Made by a program: the position numbers and the translations under genes. 64,000 nt of DNA from assembly GCA_904063045.1 (NCBI GenBank), contig CAJFCJ010000006.1:5162408-5226407 (forward strand), written 5' to 3'. Origin of the DNA: Dimorphilus gyrociliatus. Lineage: Eukaryota; Animalia; Annelida. This document shows positions 1-12,528 of the stretch, in pieces; position 1 is the stretch's first letter; the number at the start of each line of letters is the position of its first letter. The notes under the pieces were generated by a model. The model made no database searches. It saw only the letters and a program-made list of their open reading frames with translations, and was not told where the DNA came from.

Positions 1-335
1 TAACTTCCTTGAACTCCATAATTCTCAGAACAGAGATATGTCTCTGCCATCCATATTTCAAATAAAATCTTTTACTTTTTGGCCTTGATACTATGTTATT
101 CCCATAATCCTTTAGTCAGTTGGGGTTAATCGATATATTGAAATGGATAGTCGATATTTGTACCCTTTTACAGTATTTCTCCACCCCCTTTTCTTCATCT
201 ATATCTATTTCTATTTTGTCCTTTCTTTCCTTTTTACTCTCTTCTCTCACTGATCTAATAGGGTTAGTTGTTTTATGCATATAGATTATACATTCCTTCG
301 CATAGATAATATTTGATCAGTGAAAGTATCCTTTG

Positions 336-339
<4 letters not shown>

Positions 340-382
<43 letters not shown>
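340..382. repeat. (TA)n microsatellite
   Basis: Uninterrupted TA run seen directly. Similar shorter TA runs at about 4360-4395 and 8933-8955. Confidence 0.95.
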
Positions 383-384
<2 letters not shown>

Positions 385-1160
385 GCCGGTTGAATAAATA
401 GGAGTTAGTCCTCTTCCCAAAGTGTTTATGACTGGCGTATTAAAGGATTGTAAATTTATAGTTTCAAATAGCGCAGTTTAGGCTTATAGTAATATATTTA
501 GCTTTTATTGATGAATGATTTACCAACGGTTTTCTGAATAAGGCAGGGAATAGTTGGCTGCTGTGGACAAGAGACAAGAAAAGCTAGAGGGGTTAGAAAA
601 ATGGCGTAAGACAATGACTTCTTAAGGAAATAGGTGGATATCTAATCGATCAGTTATGCTTTGTTCCATCCCCCTTCCCCCAACGAGCAGCGGAATTTCA
701 AGCAGCCAAATACGTAATGAATGCATGTGTCATACGCAATTTCTTTACTCCTATTTCCCCTTTAACGTAACCAGAATAATTAGGCAATTAAGCACCAGAT
801 AAAGAAATGAGATGGCTGGATGAGAATGAATGAAAGTAGAAAGTGGGTGGAATAATTCTGAACGTAACCTAGTTCATTCTTATATGTAATTTCATTGATA
901 GTAGAGGCGTCAAATACCGAAATTAATCAATACTTTAGGCAAAAAGATGAATAATAAATAACCCTTTATCGTTCCGTTTCTTTCTATCTCAATAGTATTG
1001 TAGTGTTTACCCAATTCGACGCCAAAGGGAATGTCAAAGTAACGAGGTGGTGAAACATAAAATTTAATTTACTTTGCTCCCTTACTAATTTGCCAGTTTG
1101 TATATTCATTGGCATAATTTGGATCCGTTTCAATTATCTTTTCACCAATTGTCACATTGA

Positions 1161-1166
<6 letters not shown>

Positions 1167-1197
<31 letters not shown>
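1167..1197. repeat. (CT)n microsatellite
   Basis: CT dinucleotide run seen directly. A shorter one at about 7544-7560. Confidence 0.9.
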
Positions 1198-1199
<2 letters not shown>

Positions 1200-2219
1200 T
1201 AAAAAGGTCATGAGAAGACGTGAATTACTTAGCTATCCCCCTTTTACAGACTCTAGGTTTCAATACGCACATACTTGTTAATTGTATATATAGTATAATT
1301 ATTTCTTGATCTATATATAGCTTGTTGATATGTTTGTTTATTTGCTTGCAAGTTTGCTTGTTTATCCGTAAGATTAATTAAGGCTATTGTATTTCAAAGA
1401 AACGGTATACAAAAGATGTCGATAATTATTGAAAAAATATATTGAGTGCTGAAGATAATAGGAAGAGGAAGTCGTGAGAGATCTTTTACATGTCCCCTTA
1501 AGGTGAGAAGTGTACTAGAGAACAACACATTTTCCTACTAGGGAAAAAAAACCAAATTTCCTTATTCTGTATTCTATCTTTAGACGCAATCTTACAGATA
1601 AAGAAACTGGGAGGAATCAGATCATCCCTCGTATTCGTTCGTTATTCCCCTATTACCGTTCCTTTTTTCATTATCTTCAACACTTTTTTAAAACATTAGA
1701 ATGAGAATGAACGAAAGTGAAAGAGAAAGATGAGTTTTTCATTGGAAAGAGACGATAGTATCAAATTATCTTTAATATTTAAATAGAATTGGTAGCAGTT
1801 TTTTTCTTGAATCATTTCCCTACTGACTTTTTTTTCCAAAATTTCCTCAACCTATAAATGAGATGAGGCGGCGAGAATAGATAAGGTTTTATTAGAAGAA
1901 GGGGGACACCCTCTGTCCAATCATACACTCGATTACCAATAGTATAAACGAATCAGAAGAGGAGCAGAATCCGATTATCTTAAAGAGATTTCTCGAACTA
2001 GGCGTAAAAGGGTTAAATTATGGCTGATCATATGCCGCTTGATTGCGTTTATTTTATTCTAGTTGATATGTTCTTTCACCAAGAAATAGGGTGACTCTTT
2101 CCCACTAAACTGATAAGATTATAGATATAAAAGAAAGATATGTAATCTTATCTTACGGCTCGATTGACTATTTTGGGATTTTTTCTGTATTCTCTTTAAC
2201 CAATATGAAATTTTTATCC

Positions 2220-2220
<1 letters not shown>

Positions 2221-2251
<31 letters not shown>

Positions 2252-2310
2252 TCTCTTCTCTTCTCTTCTCTTCTCTCTTTCTCTCCCTCCTTCTTTTTTA
2301 CTTTTTCTTT
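2221..2310. repeat. Polypyrimidine (CT)n/(CTTCT)n simple repeat
   Basis: About 90 nt of almost pure C/T. It explains the spurious K/E/R-rich ORF 2119-2325 (-). Confidence 0.9.
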
Positions 2311-2847
2311 GATTGAAAAGAGCAAACACTTATAAAAATAAACTTTATGTAATTTTCCCGTCTGTTGTAAAAAAATCTCTCTATTTTCCTCCTTTCCCTC
2401 ATCTAAAGATGAAACTTTACAGATGAAAGAAATAAAAAAAGTAGATGATATGTTGAACTTTATACTATGGAATGCTATTATTGTTCATTTATCAACTTTT
2501 AACTTACCCATTATGAATAATTTATGTTAATAGTCATAAAAAAAAGTATAATCTTCTTTTGAATAGAAGAAAGGTACTTTTATAGTATACAACACTGATC
2601 TAGATGTTTATTATTACAAAAAAAAACCTTCTCTCGCCACAGATGCGGCATTTGTTCCGCATACGCGCTCAATCGAATAATTACGCGCCCTGGAAGAGAA
2701 AAAGAAGGGGCGTTGCTAATCTGCCAGAGAGAGAGTCTAAATTCTTATCCCTTCAAAGTAAACCGTCTAGTTAATTGCGTTTTCTAATCGATACTGATAG
2801 GCTCTATAAACAAGTGAAACAATAACTTAGTACCATTTCGTCAACAG

Positions 2848-5800
2848 AATCGAGGTGGAGGACTAGATATGAACGTTCAAGACGCTTGGTCAATGGGATT
2901 TACTGGTAAAGGCGTAGTTGTTACAATATTAGACGACGGAATTGAACGAAATCATCCCGATTTGAAAGCAAATTATGTAAGTAAAAACAATAAGCCTTTT
3001 CTTTGCAGTCGGATTCTTTTCACATAAGGTCGGTTAAAGAAATAATTCTAATAATCAAGACCAAAATACTCGTACAATATACAATAGCATATATACAGTA
3101 TATATATAATAAATTATACAGTCCATAAAATTTTGATTTGTAATGGATTTTTCTCTGACGTAGGCCTATAAAAAAAACAAAGTTATGAACAGCATAATAA
3201 AACGTTAGTAGGAGATTAGGGGATTAGCGCTGTAAGCTTAAAACGTGATCTGTTTGTTATAAACAAAAGAGAATTACTTTAGGGAAAGTTAAAAGTGCGT
3301 TTTTTCCTATTTTTTACAAAATAGATCAATTTATCTGTATTGATGGATATTTTTTAAAGCGTTTAAAAAAGAAACGCCATTCTATTTTTTGAAAAGCTTA
3401 AGATTTTAAAAATAGAGGTTATTTATGAACAAAAAAAGAATTGTGTGAATGCTTATGGCATCTTGTTCAATAATTTATCGAAAACCCATAACTTTTAATA
3501 ACAAAGTGTAAAGTTTGTTGAAATAGACTCTTTACTCTAAACTCTGTATATTCTCTGTATTTCACTATTCTACATCGAATAGTCTAATTATTCAATTATA
3601 TATATTTTTTATTATCATTTATTATTATTATAATAAGTTTGTTGTAAAAATAAAGAAAGAGATTGTACGGTTAAACTAATATCAGATATAGGATTATTTA
3701 ATTAGGGTAATTAATCTATTACAAGAAATATAAATATAGAATCAAGCCCATTCGATTACGTATTTTTTTATAAACAAAATAACAAAATATAACGAAAATA
3801 GATATGAATTAAACAATAGTTAAAGCCTAAAAGATGAATGACAGCTATTGTCTACTAAAACGATAACTTGTCTGAAAGATCACTTACAGCTTTTCTAATC
3901 GATTATCAATATTTTCCCCTTTGTATTATTTATCCATATGTATAATAAGAGTTGCATTAAATACTAATAAAGAGGAAAAAGCGAAAAGCTTTCCCTGTTT
4001 TCCTTCTTTTTATTATTATCTCCGTTTTTATACGTCATTTTATGTAGGACAAGGTCTTTCATATTTGTTACCTCTTTCCTTCTCGCCATTTCTTCTTCCT
4101 TCTCTCCCTTTTTACTCTATATTTCTCTTTTGCCTGTAGAGGAAAAAGCAATTACAATCTTTTCTTGAGTTAATCGTCAACGAAGCTGAAGAAACAGAAA
4201 CGGTTAGACAGTTTATCAGCACGTAGAACACGTGCGATTTTGCTTTCTGTCGGAAATTGGTACTGCTGTCTGGCTGGAATAGAGATTTCACTAATCGACG
4301 GAGTGATTTCTCTTTGTTCACAACCATAAGCGAAAATTATACGCTTGTAATATATACAAATATATATACTAATATATATATATATATATGTATACATATA
4401 CTGTATAATAGATTTATTAACAAGTATACTGACATATAAACGCATAGTGCGGTATTTATCTATACGACTGTAAGAAAATATACAGTATATCCGTATCTAG
4501 TATATCTTGTACTTTGTATGCAAAAAAACATTTATAGACACGTTTCTTTTCACGATTTGTATTTTCTTTTTACGTTTATAGGATCCGAGAGCCAGCTTTG
4601 ATGTAAACAATCATGACTCGGATCCATTACCGAGATACGATGATTCGAATGAGAATCGTCATGGTACTAGATGCGCTGGGGAAGTTGCTGCTATCGCAAA
4701 TAATAGTATGTGTTCAGTTGGTGTTGCGTTTGATGCTTCCATTGGTGGTGTAAGGATGCTGGACGGTGACGTTACCGATGCTGTTGAAGCGCAAAGTTTA
4801 TCATTGAATCCGCAACATATCGATATCTATAGTGCCAGTTGGGGACCGGATGATGACGGAAAAACGGTTGATGGCCCTGCACAATTAGCCTGGAAGGCTT
4901 TTGTTGATGGTGTCGAAAGAGGTCGAAGGGGCCTTGGATCTATATTTGTATGGGCTTCAGGCAACGGAGGACGAGAAAAAGACTCATGCAATTGTGATGG
5001 GTATACGAATTCAATATACACCTTGAGCGTTTCTTCGGCAACGGAGCATGGGAAAATACCGTGGTACAGTGAACCTTGTTCCTCAACTTTAGCAAGCACT
5101 TACAGTTCAGGTTCTGAAAATGATCGTCAAATAGTTACATCCGATCTAAGAAAGGGTTGTACGGAGGGCCACACTGGAACTTCCGCCTCAGCTCCGCTAG
5201 CTGCTGGAATAGTAGCATTAGCCCTGCAGGCAAATCCTCGGTTGACCTGGAGAGATATGCAACATATTGTTGTTCTAACCGCAAATCCGAACCACCTAGC
5301 CGCTACAGATTGGAAAATTAATGGTGTCGGAAAACGTGTATCGCATTCCTATGGTTACGGTATAATGGACGCAACCGCAATGATAAAATTAGCTAGAAAT
5401 TGGACAAGCGTTCCTCCCCAAAAGAGTTGTGCAACTCCTTACAATAACGGATCGAAATCGTTTTCGTCTGGGACCAGTATTAAGTCGACCGTCTATACAG
5501 ATGGTTGTGGTAGGGTAAATTACCTAGAACATGTTCAAGCGGTTGTTGTTCTGTTTGCCTCTAATCGAGGTGAAATTGCAATTAAATTGAAAAGCCCCAG
5601 TGGCACAGAAAGTGATCTACTTGTCAAGAGACCACGTGACAGTTCGGGGAGAGGTTTCGATAAATGGGCTTTCATGACAACTCACTGCTGGGGAGAACAC
5701 TCTCACGGAGCATGGACATTAGAAGTGATATCCGGTTCCACTACTGGTTCTTTGGATTCTTGGACTCTAGTAACATGGGGAACAAAGACTCCACCTTACG

Positions 5801-8800
5801 GTAAAAGGAAACATGAATATTCGGGTTTGTATAAGATTTTTCAAGATGATTATAGGCGGCATGTGCCAAATTTAAATAATGAAGTTTCGAGAACCCAATC
5901 TCTTGTTGCTCGATGGTTTTTTACGGTATTTCTAGTCACGATTGTCTTTTATTCTTAAATACAAATTAAATCCTCATCCGGAATTTTGAATATTGTACAG
6001 TATATCAACAAGAACAACTTGTAAAGTTGTCAGAATATCAACTGTAATAAATATATTAAATATTACAAGATATAGATTAATGAAACATGGATGTAATAAG
6101 TATAATTAAAAAATAAATTGTTAAAGTAGGAGTTGAGTAAGGGAGGGGAAAAAGGTAAAAGGGAATCAGAACAAGCACATTCTTCGTTTTTTTTGTCTTT
6201 TTTTTTGTCTTTTTTATCAATCCGTGCATGTTCTCATGTCAACTCTACTGGTTTTGAGATATATTTTTTCTTCCCCCTTGAAAATAAGGAATAATCCTTG
6301 CTATAAAAAGAAAAATAAACAATAGGATAAAAGCGTTTCAATTTTCTATGATCTCGACGCTTTATATTCAATACCTCAAAACAAAAATGAGTTATCTTTT
6401 TTTTTTAAAAAAAAAAAGATATACCTATTTAGAATTATCTTTTTCTTTAATTGTCCTACTGAAAAAAAAATAGAAAGAAAGATGCAAATAAAGATTAAAA
6501 AGTATCGTTTTGTAACATTCTCATCTTTCTTGATAGGTGATGAACATTTATTAATTTTTCTTTTTTTTTATTGTTTTCTTGTTGTTTTCATCTCGTTTAA
6601 ATAATGCCACAAAAAAGAGAATACCATTTATGTTTAACCTTTGACCCGGATGCTTACGGTCTCCTTCCATCGGTTAAATAACTGGCGAGTGAGTATTTAT
6701 AAATGATTTAGATCTTGCTCCACCACCGTCGTATTTTTTTTATGTTTCTGTGTGTTTGCCTTCCTTTTAGAATCTGTTTGTTTGTTGCTTTAGTACCGAA
6801 GATTAAAGAAACAATTATTTTCCTTCTTAACAAGTAAAAAGGTAGAAGATAATGAATAATTAATTAAACTATACGGAAGAGGGAAACTCATGTTTTCATT
6901 GATAAGAAGGAAAAACAAAATAAGAAAGAAAGCGGGATAGGAAAAGATAGAATTAGTGATAGTAAAGAGAAAAGAGAATGTATATCGCAGAAAGATTTAT
7001 ATCTTACTTAGTTTATTAATTAAATTCTCGATAGCAAGAGATAAGAAATTTGTACTAAACCAGCAAACCTTTCTTTTAAATATTTCTCTACTTTACATTA
7101 TCAACTCTAATGATAAAGAATTTCTAGTGCTGTTTATTTCTTTACTTGGTTTCTCTCTTTTCTCTCTACACACTTACCAACTCTCTTTTCTTCTTTCTAT
7201 CCTCCCTCTCCCTTTCTTAAGAAACAAAATATTTAAAAGGGCTAAAAAAGAGTAATTTAATTAAATTGAACGTGTATAAAATTATTAAAAAAATAGAAAG
7301 AAAGAAAGAAACAAGCCCTGAAGGATTTTTGTTACCGTAAATTTTTTTTATTAATTATTTATAAAGAAAATTAAAAAATATTTCAATATATTTTGATTTT
7401 CTTTCATTTCTCTCTAAAGGATTTTTTTCCCCGAGTTGCACAATTAATTAAAAAGGAAAAAAGGAAAAAAAAATACTAGAGTAATTTTGGACAAAATTCA
7501 AAATTCCAGTACATTTTTTCATTTTTTTTTTCTTTATCTATCTTCTCTCTCTCTCTCTCTGCTACGTAATAAATTAGTTCTATTTATTTTATTTAGATAA
7601 TTCTTTATTTTTCTACTTAGCATGCGATAATTTAAAGTTGTGGATGAAAGAGTAATTAGGCTTAATTAGAATTTGTCTGACACAATTTCCAACTAATTAT
7701 CAATCCTATTTATTCTTAAGTAGAAATACACTTTGGATAATAAAAATAGTACTTTTCTGCAGCCTATTAACTTTTTTATTATAAAAAGAGACGTTAATTG
7801 TATAATCGAAACATCGATCTCCAGTTTACTGCCAGGTTTTAATCTTAATTCTGCCAATTTAATGATTTTTCTCACCGGTTCTCCACAATTAAATACCAAC
7901 TAAGAAGGGAAAAAAGATGAAAAAACTACCCAATTAAAAATAAACTTACCTTAATTATCTTCATTAAAAATTAACTGATTTACTGCAGTTCTTTCATAAT
8001 AATTATTAGATTATAGGATAATAACTATTTACTATACTTTATAGGCTTAGCTTTAAGACTTGCTTATGAAAAGGCACGTAATAAAATAGATAGCTATTAT
8101 GAAAGAGAATTTCCCATAAGCTTACCTAATAAATATTTATAATAACTTTCCAACTGTTTAGTTGTAGATACATTTTTTTCTTGGATAAGTGCCAAATCTC
8201 TTCAAGATGTATAAATAATTATAGGTTAACTAAGGCGAAAGAAAGGGGAAAAATGAAAAATCATTAAGTTTCTCTCAACCACAACGCTTTCTTTTTTTTC
8301 TCTTTTTTTTTCATTTTTTTAATTGATTAAATACAAATTTCTGCACGTTTATTGAATAAATTTACATTTTTCTCTTTATTTTTGTTTTCCAGTCATTAAA
8401 TGCCCTGAGGGAGAATACTATTTACAAGGCTATTGCTACTCTCAGTGTCCTGTAAATTTCTTCGAAAGAAATACAACAACTACTTCTTCTATGCTAACTA
8501 ATTTAACTGGTCATTGTTCCCCTTGCCACGAAACGTGCCTACGTTGTACCGGAAGTACGGAATTTGACTGTACTGAATGTAAAAATGGTTGGATTTTACG
8601 TAATAATAGTTTCTGTGTTCGGCAAGTTGCCTCCTCAGATCAGAAAAATTCTGATGACCTTCCACGCGAAGGACAAAGTACGAAATTGATGACTTTGGCC
8701 CTCTCTCTAGGAGGCTTTTCTATGCTCTCTTTAGCTATTTTCTTAATTATTGTCATGATACAAAGAAACGAAAAATATCGAGAAAAGTACGCAGATTACG

Positions 8801-8910
8801 ATTCAGATTTGGGTAATCCACTTCTGGGTAATGGCGTACTGGAAAATAACGATTTATCCTACTACGAAGACACTATAAAATCTGCATCACCTGAAGGGAC
8901 TTCTCTGTGA
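2848..8910 (+). CDS. FURIN: Furin-like proprotein convertase (peptidase S8 + P domain + Cys-rich + TM), long isoform; 5' exons (signal, prodomain) lie outside the window
   Basis: Exons 2848-2976 ([33 protein letters not shown]), 4582-5800 ([31 protein letters not shown] domain) and 8393-8910 (furin Cys-rich repeats, [24 protein letters not shown], acidic cytosolic tail). Junctions are GT-AG and phase-compatible. Catalytic D/H/S and oxyanion N are intact. The sequence closely matches recalled invertebrate Furin-1. Confidence 0.93.
5801..5958 (+). other. Read-through terminal coding segment of a putative short furin isoform (hydrophobic C-terminus)
   Basis: The ORF continues past the internal donor at 5800/5801 for 52 codons, ending ...[24 protein letters not shown] follows at about 6046. 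Confidence 0.6.
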
Positions 8911-11334
8911 TATATGTGTATTTATGTATCCTTATATATATATATATATATATATGTCTATAGGCTTATATTTTTATAATTTAAAAAACGTATATCGAAA
9001 TAGAAACAGGTATAAATATCAAACACAAAAAGATTACAAAATGTGTATAGGACGAAAAAAGACAAGGAACTGAAAAGAAAAAGAAAAGAGAGTGAAAAGG
9101 CATAAAAAGAAAAAATATACTCTTGATGATGATAGTAATAACAATGACATCCACAATCGTGAAGTTTTGCAGAAGAAAAATAATTGAAAGGAGAGAGTAA
9201 CTCCTTAAAGTAATTAAATATTTAAATAATCCAGTACGTAAACCTATTTGTCACAAGAAAATTAGTTTTACAAACTATACTTAAGATCGGGAAGATTATC
9301 CTCAAGTTTAAATCTTCTTTAGCGTTCCTTTATTTTCAAATATGTTTTGTTTTTTTACTTCATTGTCTTGTCATCATCAACTATTCTCTATCGTCTTTTC
9401 AGCTTTCTTATTAATTTTCAAAGCTCCTATCTTGTTATATTTTTTATTATTTTTGTTTTCGCAGTTCTTGCATTTATCTTAGCTTCTTAAGCTTAAAAAG
9501 TTTGATTAAAAGGGAAGCTGGAATGTTATATAGTTTCTATGGTAATTAGAATCACACAACTATATTGATAAAAGGAAGGAGGGCGAAAAAGGGATAAATG
9601 AAGGGATTTATATGAATATATACTATATAAATATGTAATCTAAAATTTGTATTTGTCTCTCCCGCATTTGCTTTTTTTATCATAAATATTATAAAAATAT
9701 AAATAATCAATTAAAAACACATAACCGGTTAGAAAAATTCCTTTATAGTTACGTAATCATACAATCTCTCGACCCCTTCCGTCTTTTCTAAGGTTTCGTA
9801 AATACTCGTATGGACTTACTGATAAAACGCCCTACAGACGTTTCATATTAGCCTTTATTCACTCTGATAATAAATAAAAGTATCGGGTCTACAAATCCTT
9901 GTTTCTTCCTAATAAAAAACGTTCATATATCCTTAAATTACAGTCATAAATCTAGTTGTTTCTATACCCTAAGTAAAAAGATAGGGTAAAAAAAACAATC
10001 TTGTTTTTATGCATCTAATGCTATTACTATGCCTCAAACATCTGATTAAATATTCAAACGGAAACAAAACTTATATTATTACTTTTGGTTTTCATTTATT
10101 GCAAAACTTATCACAGTAATTATTGCAAAATCTTTGATAAATATTTAACTATAATGCCGTAGACGTTGTATATATACTATATAGCCTATATAATATACCT
10201 GCCTATATAATTTGGTAAAGGACAGGTAAATATACAAAGGTAATGCAACGAATATTACCATTACAGTATACTTGTATATACTTGTATAATAAATAAATAA
10301 AAGGAATCATATTATAAATGAAATCAATGTTTGGTTTCATTTATAATATATTATTTAATAAGAACTACAAGATTTCATTTATCTTTAATTTTCTTTTATT
10401 TGCTTTTGTTTGGCGCTAAGGAAAAGTCTTAAGATTTATGGAGTATTTATTTCTATTCTTTTTCTTTTTCACACCCTTTTTTATTGCTTTCGCCCCCCAA
10501 AATGTGCCTGCCTTCAATGCCATTTTATTATAAATATCTATTTACTATTTAATGTTGTTGCACTGATACTAGCAGTAAAATATCTTAGAAACTATCAGTT
10601 GAAACTATTCAATGAAACGATATTTGTCCCTGATGAGAAAAATATACGCTAAATCTTCTATTCAGTAAATGTGCTAGAGCGTATCCCAATTAATAATATT
10701 TTCAGTAAAGCCTGTACACACGTGAGAAATATTATATGATTTGCTCAAAGACAAAGTTGAACAGAAGAGGAGTGACAACTAACAATAAAATTACAATTTT
10801 ATTAGTAATAAATTTATTAGAAAAAGTCGTTTCTTGGATTTTTTTTAATATTCTGCAAACAGAATTTTTGTGAAATGAATCACAACATCAATTTTTCACA
10901 GAGTTATTCTTAGTTTACGACTATCTATCCTTTAACTGCTAACCTTGGTATCTTTAAAAACTTTAACAAAACTATTGACAATGGAATTGAAATATATTGT
11001 ACACTAACGATACGTGTATATAAATAATCATTATACATTTCTTATTCTAAATGCTCAACAAACAACAGATTTCCCAGTATAGAATGTGAATAGGAGGAGT
11101 GTTCATTTTTAACGTTTCTCTTCTTCATTTCTTAAAATTTCATTTCCGCCCGAATTATATAAAATATGTAATATTTATACTTAAGTTGTATACAACACCG
11201 AGCAGTAGAAGTATTTTTATTACTACAGGCTTATTACATTATCGTACATTTACAACTATAACTTAAATATGAAATAATTTTTAATATCAAAAAATATAAA
11301 TGACAAAAAAGATATATACTGTATATAGATCAAA

Positions 11335-12528
11335 CTAGATCTGATTTTCAGCTATGTTTAATGTTTTCTCAAGTTTTGATATTGTTAAGTAAATACTTCC
11401 AACCATTGATACAGGATTTTCTATTATTCTATAGTACTTATGACCCATACTAATGGCCAGATGCCATATTAATCTTGGATCTACATTCGCAGGACGAACG
11501 GTTCCATCAGCTTTCGTACCAACAATTTCAATAATTGCGCAACCGACTGGTGCAAAAAACATGTTACTTAATATTGCATTATGAATACCAATAATGATTT
11601 TTGCTTTTCTGAAAGAGCTCTTTACTTGATTTACCGAATACTGTTCTTCTAAGTCTTTAAATCGATGACCGTATCTACGCTCTAAGAACTTGCTAACCTG
11701 ATTGGCGTTTCTTAATAGTTGTGTGTCGGAGGGAAGTAACAGAACAACGTCGTTAGCGTCTTTAACTGACGTAGAAATACCGAGAATTTCTCTGGCTTTC
11801 TTGAATATTTCTGGATGTGTGGGTGGAACAATACATGTATTTACTAGTCTTTCAGAACGTATAGCTCCGCCTTTAAATGAAATAAGCCTTTGAGTTGTGA
11901 TACCAAATTCTCCTAAAATGCTTCCAATTAAAGGATCACATGATCCATGTACCAAAAATTTAATCTCTTTAAATTTTATCCAGCCTCTAGCTTGTATTAG
12001 TTTCGGCAATATTCCCTGGAAAAAATTGTTAATTGAGCATCCTCCATCAGTTATTATCGGTAAGACTAAATCGTAATTGTGAACTATTGGACTAGATGGT
12101 GACAATGTCCAGTCTGCTAGATTGCTGGTGGAGGTACATTGAAGGTTACTAAAAAAGTATCCCGGTTGTAACACCGCAACTATTCCCAATAGATCAGACC
12201 TTGGCTGAATACCTATTACTCTCAAATTTTCTTTATCAGCACTAAAAATATTCTCATCGTTTCTATCAACAAATATTGGCTTTGTCATATTATAGGGTGC
12301 ATAGTAGACTACAGTTTTGGGATTTTCATCAACGAATATATCTAATTCGCTTCTAGTTGACTTTATTTCATCATGTACAATTTTATTAGGTTGAATTCCA
12401 GTAATGCTTTCTTTTTCTTCAAGTGACAAATGATTATCATCGATAAATTGTATAAATAAACATAAAGACGAAACTATTGCCAGGCAAACTATCAAAAGTC
12501 TAAAAATACAATATCTCTTTCCAAACAT
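11335..12528 (-). CDS. Type II membrane glycosyltransferase, GT61/DUF563-like; intronless CDS
   Basis: 397 aa ORF with a short N-terminal tail, TM anchor and stem. The C-terminal motif AKIIIGIHNAILSNMFFAPVGCAIIEI resembles the GT61 'G.HGA.LtN.lF.p.g..viEi' signature. Confidence 0.7.
   Translation of the reverse strand: MFGKRYCIFRLLIVCLAIVSSLCLFIQFIDDNHLSLEEKESITGIQPNKIVHDEIKSTRSELDIFVDENPKTVVYYAPYNMTKPIFVDRNDENIFSADKENLRVIGIQPRSDLLGIVAVLQPGYFFSNLQCTSTSNLADWTLSPSSPIVHNYDLVLPIITDGGCSINNFFQGILPKLIQARGWIKFKEIKFLVHGSCDPLIGSILGEFGITTQRLISFKGGAIRSERLVNTCIVPPTHPEIFKKAREILGISTSVKDANDVVLLLPSDTQLLRNANQVSKFLERRYGHRFKDLEEQYSVNQVKSSFRKAKIIIGIHNAILSNMFFAPVGCAIIEIVGTKADGTVRPANVDPRLIWHLAISMGHKYYRIIENPVSMVGSIYLTISKLEKTLNIAENQI

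Noticed and set aside
326-334. Perfect U12-type 5' splice site GTATCCTTT
   Set aside because: No open exon upstream and no matching U12 branch point identified. One such 9-mer is expected by chance in an AT-rich window of this size.
1960-2095. SRTRRKR-encoding stretch as a possible furin prodomain cleavage exon
   Set aside because: The flanking translation does not resemble the furin prodomain or the NDP.W..MWYL segment, and no compatible splice sites were found. Upstream exons are probably outside the window.
2119-2325. 68-aa K/E/R-rich minus-strand ORF
   Set aside because: It is simply the translation of the (CT)n/(CTTCT)n microsatellite.
4827-5099. Antisense ORFs overlapping real CDSs (also 14768-14998, 45084-45347, 45630-45980, 50738-51031, 52749-53021 and others)
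   Set aside because: Shadow ORFs caused by codon bias on the opposite strand of well-supported genes.
6600-6840. Additional alternative furin 3' exons (donor gtgagt near 6689, acceptors near 6770 and 6793)
   Set aside because: They give only 7-14 codon products without recognisable features. Splice-like sites are common in this composition.
10410-10652. 80-aa hydrophobic ORF (also 6956-7255, 13143-13349, 13880-14104)
   Set aside because: They have TTG/GTG starts or F/I/L/K-rich composition typical of random AT-rich DNA, with no splice or homology support.
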